From the NCBI GenBank assembly GCA_010093995.1, contig ML992506.1:1167109-1231108 (forward strand): DNA of 64,000 nucleotides, read 5' to 3'. Positions 55,701 through 64,000 of this stretch are shown here, one piece after another (the first letter of the stretch is position 1; each line of letters opens with the position of its first letter). Under the pieces are notes generated by a model. It made no database searches. It was not told where the DNA came from and saw only the letters and a list, made by a program, of their open reading frames with translations. This stretch comes from Elsinoe ampelina. Lineage: Eukaryota. A program made the translations under genes and the position numbers.

Positions 55701-58436
55701 TGCATTTGAGAGCAATCGCCATAGCGCCACTTCAATGCTTGCAAAGCAGCTTCGCCTCAAGTTGAATGCTTCCGACGACTCAGGTATACCTAAACCTTAC
55801 CGCAACATCATGGTCTCTATCCACGCCATCGCAACGTTCCGGGCATTGGACGACTATCTGCGGCCTCGGATCAGCCTCGCGGATCAGCCCGATCTGCGAC
55901 GGATCCGGCGCCAATTGTTGGGTAGCTCGGTGCCAAAAGCTCCAGAAGACTCGGAACGCCCAGGAGCAGAAGATCCGGCCACACCCAGCTCCACTGGCAA
56001 CCGTCCAGTAAAGACCTCAAAGAATCCAAAGACATTAGGGTCAAACAGTACGCCTGATTCAAGCAAAACCGGTGCACCTAGCTCGCTGCGACGGTCTTCG
56101 CGCCGCCTTGAACCAGAAGCTGGCGAAGCCCAGACACCTCAAGGACGCCAGCCAAGCAACGAGGGTACCACTGATAGTCCACTTGAATGTGCGGACGAAG
56201 AGAAGCTCTCTGGCGACAACGAAGATAGCGCAGATGCCGGTATGGATGCTATACTGGATGATCTGGACGACGATATGGAAGCTGATGAGGAGGATGATCC
56301 ATCCGCAGTCAACATGGAAATTGCAAATTCTGGAAAGGTGACTGCCCGAAAGGAAGATGGCACGCGCGTTGCGACACCGCAGCAGAGCTCTCAGGGATCA
56401 GCAATGTCGGCCGCGTCTGCTTCGCAGAGGCTTGCTGCCGCACGCGAGCTGCTTGGTACACCTTCGTCCCTTGGCCGTCCGATGTCTTATGCTTCAGCCG
56501 TGCAATCGACACCTCAGGACTGGCACATCGAGTTCAGCATTAATGGTCAGCCTATCTCCAACGACACTACCATCTACCGTGCTGTACACTTTACCCAAGG
56601 TGAGCCCGAGGAGGCGTCCGGCCGGGTCGTCTGGTCTGCTGTGCATAAGATCACATTCAAGCGCGTACCGGGACCGCCACCTGCAGAGCCAAAGTCTTTG
56701 TCACCACCACCAGAATCACCCACCCAGTCACATGTCGGCCTCCCTCCTTCGCTGTCTCGCTACCCACAGACCGCCAGCATTTTGCAGTTGATGGGCGCCC
56801 TCCACAGTATGAACAACAACTTGGGTGACATTGTCAGCAATGCTTCGGGGGATGCGTTATTGAAGCAGGAGCCACTTGCTCAGTTCATCAACACCAAGCT
56901 CACCGCAAAGCTGAATCGCCAGCTAGAAGAGCCCTTGATCGTTGCCAGCAATTGCCTTCCTAGCTGGAGTGAGGATCTTGCACGCTTCTATCCGTTCCTT
57001 TTCCCCTTCGAGAGTCGACACCTGTTCTTGCAATCGACGTCGTTTGGCTACTCTCGATCAATGTCAAGGTGGCAGAATGACCAGAACGAGAACGCATCTC
57101 GCCGTCATCGCGATGAACGTCCTTTCCTGGGACGTACCCAGCGACAGAAGGTGCGAATCTCCCGCAACAGGATTCTTGAATCAGCATTGAAGGTCATGGA
57201 GTTGTACGGCAGCTCACCAAGTATCCTGGAAGTCGAGTACTTCGAGGAGGTCGGCACTGGTCTTGGTCCCACTCTGGAGTTCTACGCAACTATCTCTCGT
57301 GAATTCTCGAAGAAGAAGCTCAAGCTGTGGCGTGAGAACGAGTCTGAAGGCACGAGCGATTTTGCCTTTGGAAAGAATGGTCTTTTCCCAGCACCAATGG
57401 GTGACGATCAAGCAGATAACGACAATGGCAAGAGGCTTCTGCACTTGTTCAAGATGCTTGGTAAGTTCGTCGCCAGGTCCATGCTGGACTCGCGAATCAT
57501 CGACATCTCTTTCAATCCCACTTTCTTCCGTGTGGGCAGCGCTGCTAATGTCGCCCCTTCTCTTGGAGCTGTCGCTACAGTGGACAAGGACCTGGCTACT
57601 TCGCTGAAGAGTCTCAGCGAGGTGGTGGCTGAGAAGCGTCTTATCGATTCTGACAGCACACTCTCGCATTCGGACAAGCAGGAGAAGTACAAAGCTATCC
57701 GTATCAAGGACGCAGCTATCGAGGATCTTGGACTCGATTTCACGTTACCGGGATACCCAGATATCGAGCTTGAAGAAAATGGCTCCAAGACTGACGTGAC
57801 CATCGACAACGTTGAGCGGTACATTGAACGTGTCCTGGATCTTACCCTGGGATCTGGCGTGCAGAAGCAGGTGGATGCTTTCCGTGCTGGGTTCAGTCAG
57901 GTCTTCCCCTACTCGGCGCTAAGGGCTTTCACGCCCGACGAGCTGGTGATGCTATTTGGCCGCAATGAGGAAGATTGGTCACTCGAGAGTAAGTTCGAAG
58001 CAGCAAAAGATGTAGTGCCTGTGCTGACACGATTCTAGCTTTGATGGATTCGATCAAGGCCGACCATGGCTTCAACTTGGACAGCGCAAGCATCCGCAAC
58101 TTGCTTCAGACTCTGTCCGAGTACACTGCAACAGAGCGCCGCGACTTTTTGCAGTTTGTCACCGGCAGTCCCAAGCTGCCAATCGGAGGTCAGTGTTACT
58201 TTTCTCTTCGTCAATGCACAGCTACTGATTGCAACACAGGCTTCAAATCACTCACACCAATGTTCACGATCGTTTGCAAGCCAAGTGAACCTCCTTTGAC
58301 ACCGGACGACTATCTTCCCAGCGTCATGACTTGCGTCAACTACCTCAAGATGCCAGATTACACCTCGGCAGAAGTGTTGAGGCAAAAACTCTCGGTCGCT
58401 ATCATGGAAGGCCAAGGCGCTTTCCATCTCTCTTAA
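52792..58436 (+). CDS. UFD4: HECT E3 ubiquitin ligase Ufd4/TRIP12 family; introns ~57989-58038 and ~58189-58240
   Basis: ARM-like region (LLACRCIANLMEA, IDLAEQALSTLEKIS) and HECT motifs LEVEYFEEVGTGLGPTLEFY, FLQFVTGSPKLPIGG and LPSVMTCVNYLKMPDY...GQGAFHLS. Confidence 0.96.
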
Positions 58437-59297
58437 TCAGCCAGTAGACAGCCGTTGTCGGAGCAAATCACAATCAGGCACAGAATGAAACAACGAATCA
58501 ACCAGTATAGATAGGCGGGTAGGAATATGCATGGGCGGGTAGGGACACGGGTGTTACTTTCATTTTGCTCTTCATGGGACGGACGGCATCAAGCAGAGAT
58601 ATCATAGTATGGATTCTTTCGTTAACGACATGATCGGGTGGGACGGGCATAGCGAGGCGTGCAGCACATGCTGGCGTAGGTAGTAATGCAATCATTTCGT
58701 CCGACTATTTTCTGGTGTGATATTCGTGCTGTAGTCGCCGGTCGGACTTTACGCGCAACGGCTGTTTGCCCCTCCACGTTGGTATCGATACCACCACCTT
58801 GGCCGTCAGGACGGCACAACGTCATCAATGTTGTACTTGCTGAACCAATACTCATGTCGAAATAATCGAAGCACTCCAAGAAAGACATTCGCGGCCTCTC
58901 CGCATAAAAAAATCATGGGAAACACGTCTCCGTCCGTGAAGAATGACGTGCGTTGCCCCGCCAACAGCTGGGTTCACCACACGGCGACGCCATGACGAAG
59001 CACGACCAGAGGCAGGGCATGGAGGCGCTGGCAATCTAAATTTCTACATATCGATATTTGCCATTTTGCATGCGCTGTCCTTTCACACACGACTATCGCT
59101 ATCACCGTCGCCATTAATTGTAGCATGATTACCTCGCCAAAGGAGTGACACGACCTTCTTTTCCGAGCAAAAGCACCACGACAGCAGATCTAGAGATCGT
59201 CCACGTCTCTGTCCGCATTCCTCGACCTCGAAACACCCAATCACCACCTTCCCTGCTCCCTCGAGAATCTATTGGGCTCCCAAAGACCTCCCGTACC

Positions 59298-62135
59298 ATG
59301 CCCCGCGAAGGAGGAGGCTACCGCCGTCCCTCCGCCTCCCGCGACCGGGACAGGGATCGAGACAGGGACACCGATCGCGAACGCCACAGACGCAAAGCCG
59401 CGCACGCCTCCGCGGACAGCAGCGCCGAGCTCCTCTCGCCCTATCGGGATAGCCCTAGCCCGACCAAGCGATATGACACCGGGAGAGGGGAGCGGAGTGA
59501 TAGTTCCCCTGAGAAGCGGCGACGGTATAGAAGAGGTGAAGGGGAAGACGATACTGATAGGGAAAGAGCGAGAGATAGGGACTCGGTGAGGGAGAAGGAG
59601 AGGGAAAGGGAACGCGAGCGACGACGGGAGAAACGGAGGGAGGAGAGGCGGCGGGAGCGTGAGGCGGAGGAGGGAGCGGAGAGGGATAGATCCAATGAGG
59701 TCGAAGTGGTGGAGTACCCCGCGTCCTCGGGTCTGAGCAGCGAGATGGACCGGTACGCCGCGCGAGAACGCATGCGAGAAGAGAAGCGAAGGAGGGAGAC
59801 CGAGGCTGACTCGCGGGAACGAGGGGCCAGGGAGGGTGAAGCGACACGTGAACGGGAGCGAGAAGTGCAGAGAGAGGAGAAACGTCGCCGACGAAGAGAG
59901 GAGCGAAGAGGTGCATACGACCAAACGCATGGACAGAAACAAAGAGACGATAGCCGGAGAAGGCTGGTCAATGATTCCGACACCAGCGGGCGCACCCCTC
60001 AAACCGCCAGCAGTGGAGCAGGGATGCTCTCCGCTGGCAGCCTCGCCGCCCTGAACGCATTGAACGAGAAATTGGGTTTCGCGCCCGGCGAGCAGCGGGT
60101 GCGAGACGAGGCTGACTCTGCGGAAGTGCGGCGACGGGAGGAGAAGAGGCGGCGGAAAGAAGAGGAAAGGAGGAGGAGGAAAGAAGACGGCTATGAGGGT
60201 GCGAGGAGGGGGGAGGGGGATGTTTATGATGACTACTTGGCCAAGGAGGAGAGGTATGAGATTGATTACCAACGGGGGAAACGGGAGAAGGGGGGTACGA
60301 GGGTTGTGAGTGGGCAGAAACTGGAGAAGGGGGACAGTGAAGGGAGTGAGGTTAGTTATAGGTGGTGGCGGAGAAGGGGAGGAGGGGGGAGTGGGGGTAG
60401 TGATTATACTGCGCTGTCTCCCGAGGAGGAGGAGAGGATGAGGCGGCGTAGGAAGAAGTTCTGTGAGTAGTGAACGGTGTTGAGGTGGGCAAGAACTGAC
60501 GGGTCGATAGACATTACGCTGGCGGTGATTACCATTATTCTCGCGATTGCTATTCCCGTGGGTGTGGTGGTCAGTAATCGAAAATCAAGCCCGGCGGCGA
60601 GCAGTGCGGCCTCAACAACCACAGGAGGCAAACCGAGCAATGCGAACCTTGAAGGGGTGGATCCGAATAGCGTCCCTGCTGATGCGAAGGGGACTTGGCT
60701 AGACCCGTTCAGCTGGTATGACACGACAGACTTCAACGTCACCTACACCGACGAGATGATCGGTGGTCTACCAGTCATCGGCTTGAACTCGACATGGGAC
60801 GATTCTACCCGAGCCAACTCGAATGTGCCACCACTTGACCAAGAATGGGAGTATGGCAAGATGCCGATACGGGGTATCAATGTTGGTGGTTGGCTGGTCA
60901 TGGAGCCTCTGATTACCCCTTCTTTCTGGAGCCAGTTCAAGACCTCTGATGGCGTCATTGACGAATATACGCTCGCCGCAAAGTTGCCGCCCAGTACGGT
61001 CAAAACGACCTTTGAGACACATTACTCCTCATTCTTGTCCGAGCAAGACTTCAAGGAGATGCAAGCAGCTGGTTTCGATCATGTCCGGATACCGTATGGA
61101 TACTGGGCAGTGACGACGTATCCTGGTGATCCATACGTTGCGAACGTGTCCTGGCGATATCTCCTGCGCTGCATCGAATGGGCCCGGAAATATGGACTGC
61201 GTGTCAAGCTTGACATGCACGGTGCACCTGGCTCTCAGAATGGTTGGAACCATAGCGGGAAGCAGGGTGACATTGGCTGGCTGAATGGGACCGCTGGAAC
61301 CGAAAATGGTCAGAGGACGACTGACATTCATGACCAGTTGTCGAAATTCTTCGCCCAGCCACGATACAAGAACATTGTCACCATTTGGGGACTTGTCAAC
61401 GAGCCGAAGATGACTTTCCTCGATACTTCAGCTGTACTGGAATGGACCAAGTCGACTGTGAGTATCATTCGCAAGAATGGTATCACTGCCAATATTGCCT
61501 TTGGAGACGGTTTCAGGGGTCTGGACAATTGGCAAGGACAGCTGCAGGATGTGTCCGGTCTCGTGCTCGACGTCCATCAGTATGTCATCTTCAACGTCCA
61601 GCAATTGATCCTGGACCATCAAGCCAAAGTAAATTTTGCTTGTGGAGGCTGGACCGCTCAGGCCGTGAGAAGCATGGATAAGACTACTGGCTTCGGAGCA
61701 ACCATGTTTGCAGAATGGAGTCAGGCCGACACTGACTGTGCCAACTATCTCAACAACGTCGGCGTAGGATCCAGATGGGAAGGTACACTGAACTTCGCCA
61801 CTGGTGCTGGTGGAGGCAACGGCAGTGTCCTCACGCCAACCTGTCCGACGAACAACAATCCCAGGTGTTCTTGCAGAGAAGCCAATGCTGACCCAGGAAA
61901 CTACAGCCCGGTATACAAGCAATGGCTCAAGGAATTTGCCGAAGCACAGATGGAGAGCTTCGAGAAAGGCTGGGGTTGGTTTTATTGGACCTGGAAGACC
62001 GAGAACAATGCTCAGTGGAGTTACCGTGATGGGTTGAAGAATGGGATCTTGCCGAGCAAGACTTGGGAGAGGTCGTTCAGCTGTGGCGATGGAGTGCCGG
62101 ACTATGCATCTCTGGGCTTGCCGGAGTATTACTAG
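59298..62135 (+). CDS. exgD: GH5 membrane-anchored exo-beta-1,3-glucanase (ExgD-like); intron ~60464-60510
   Basis: An R/E-rich cytosolic N-terminus and one TM helix precede IRGINVGGWLVMEP, DEYTL, HVRIPYGYW, DMHGAPGSQNGWNHSG, NEP, DVHQY and GWFYWTWKTE. Confidence 0.88.
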
Positions 62136-62517
62136 CGGGATGGAAAGAAGGAGGATGATATGATGGAGAATGCTGTGTGTCGTAGATACTTTGCATAGCG
62201 GCTGTCATTAGCGTTCGTTCTAAGATAAAGTCTCTCGTCAAGTGAAGACCCACTGGTCCAAGTCGGCCGTGTCAATAGATTTCCATCTCTGTCGCAGACT
62301 CGAATCGTAGATACACGGTCGAAACGAGCTCCTGAAGATGTGAACTGCAGTCTAGATGCTCGCTGTTGTCAATGAGGGCATTGAGGGGTGGAGGGGCACC
62401 GAGCTCGGACCATGACCCTTATCGATAAGCATCTCTGCAGTCATAATTTTGGGTTGACTCAGGATGAACGTCTCCACCAGGTCAGCCCAAGCACAGGTTC
62501 TCACATCTACCACAACC

Positions 62518-64000
62518 ATGGCTGAGCAGGCGCAAAATGCCGCCAATGCGGTCAAGGAGGCCGTCTCGGATGCAACAGCAAAGGTCGCGAACCTCACAAC
62601 ATCGGAAGGCACCGTCCAAACCTACCTAGATGAAGTCACTGGCGAGCGAGTGTCCAAGACCGAATTGAAGAAGAGGCAGAAGCAGAGGGAGAAGGATGCT
62701 AAGAAGGCTGAGAAGGCCGCATCTGCACCAGCGCCGGCTGCAAAGAAGAAGACTGCTAGCGCAGAGGAGGAAGAAGCTCACCTCAACCCAAACCAGTACT
62801 TTGAGATCAGGAGCAGAGCTATTCAGAAGTTCCGCCAGACTCAGAACCCCAACCCGTGAGCATGACAGAGAAATAGTGGTTTGCGCAGACTGACACCCGC
62901 AGGTATCCTCATAAATTCCAAGTGAACTACGACGCTCGAAACTTCATCAACGACTATGGGCACTTGAAGACTGGCGAGACCAAGAAGGAGCAGACGATAT
63001 GCGTAGGTGCGAGGATCTACAACAAGCGAGCATCTGGAACAAATCTGTGCTTCTATGATGTACGCGCGGAGGGCACGCGACTCCAGATCATGTGCCAGTC
63101 GCAAGAGTCAACCAGCGACAAGTCGTTCCAGGATCAGCACGAGCACCTCAGAAGAGGAGACATTATCGGTATCAAGGGCTTCCCCGGCAGAACGAACCCA
63201 CGAAACCGCGCAGAGGGTGAGCTGAGTATCTTTGCTCAGGAGGTTACTCTCCTCACACCATGTCTCCATCAACTTCCGGACGAATACTACGGCTTCAAGG
63301 ACCAGGAGCAGAGATACCGCAAGCGCTACCTCGATCTCATCATGAACGACAGTACCCGCAATGTCTTCCTCACCCGCTCCCGCATGATCACCTACATCCG
63401 CAGGTTCTTTGACGAAAGAGATTTTGTCGAGGTAGAGACCCCAATGATGAACGCAATCGCGGGTGGTGCAACAGCCAAGCCATTCAAGACACATCACAAC
63501 GATCTCAACATGGAGCTGTTCATGCGTGTCGCTCCGGAGCTGTATCTCAAGGAGCTGATCGTAGGTGGTATGGAGAGAGTGTACGAGATTGGCAGGCAGT
63601 TCCGCAACGAAGGCATCGACCTCACCCACAACCCAGAATTCACCACTTGCGAGTTCTACTGGGCGTTTGCCGATGTATACGACGTGATGGACCTCACTGA
63701 AGAGCTCGTGTCAGGACTCGTCAAGCACGTCACGGGAGGATACGAGACCAAGTTTCACACTCAGTCTGGAGAAACTTACGAGGTAAATTGGCAGAAGCCA
63801 TGGAAGAGGATCGAGATGATACCAGCGTTGGAGGAGGCCGTTGGGGAGAAGTTCCCGCCAGGAGATCAACTCCACACCAAGGAGACGAATGAGTTCTTCA
63901 AAAGGGTACTCAAGAAGGTCAACGTGGAATGCAGCCCGCCCCTGACGAACGCCCGCATGCTTGACAAGCTGGTGGGCGAGTTCATTGAGGAGAAGTGCAT
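62518..64000 (+). CDS. KRS1: Cytosolic lysyl-tRNA synthetase; 3' end lies beyond the window; intron ~62856-62902
   Basis: [70 protein letters not shown] and [22 protein letters not shown]. Confidence 0.97.

Noticed and set aside
59241..60272. 343-aa minus-strand ORF
   Set aside because: It is antisense to the purine-rich R/E-coding exon of exgD.

Overview
This window is gene-dense fungal genomic DNA: a filamentous ascomycete with short GT-AG introns and CTRAC branch sites, probably a Dothideomycete (inferred). It holds about 24 intact protein-coding genes, mostly housekeeping: NUP170 (partial), AIM41, RRN11, a RING E3, a Zn2Cys6 transcription factor, GVP36, FKBP12, HIS2, LEU1, ALG7, SEH1, Csm1/Pcs1, a class II aldolase, a Crh-type GH16, a CUE-Smr protein, UFD4, ExgD and KRS1 (partial). 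The standout is the 5,655-bp AT-rich block at 29777-35431, which the ORF track misses. It is a RIP-inactivated DNA transposon with 46-bp terminal inverted repeats (TACGG...CCGTA). Manual de-RIP translation shows three genes: an integrase-core DDE transposase of IS3EU/IS481-like type with an N-terminal HTH-like region, a second large ORF of unknown function, and a convergent, intron-containing Zn2Cys6-like plus coiled-coil cargo gene. The element lies between two tandem CorA-like paralogs, and one of them has a broken splice acceptor. A recurrent switch from C/A-rich to G/T-rich strand skew, independent of gene orientation, is visible across the window. All calls come from reading the sequence by eye and from family knowledge; no searches were run.
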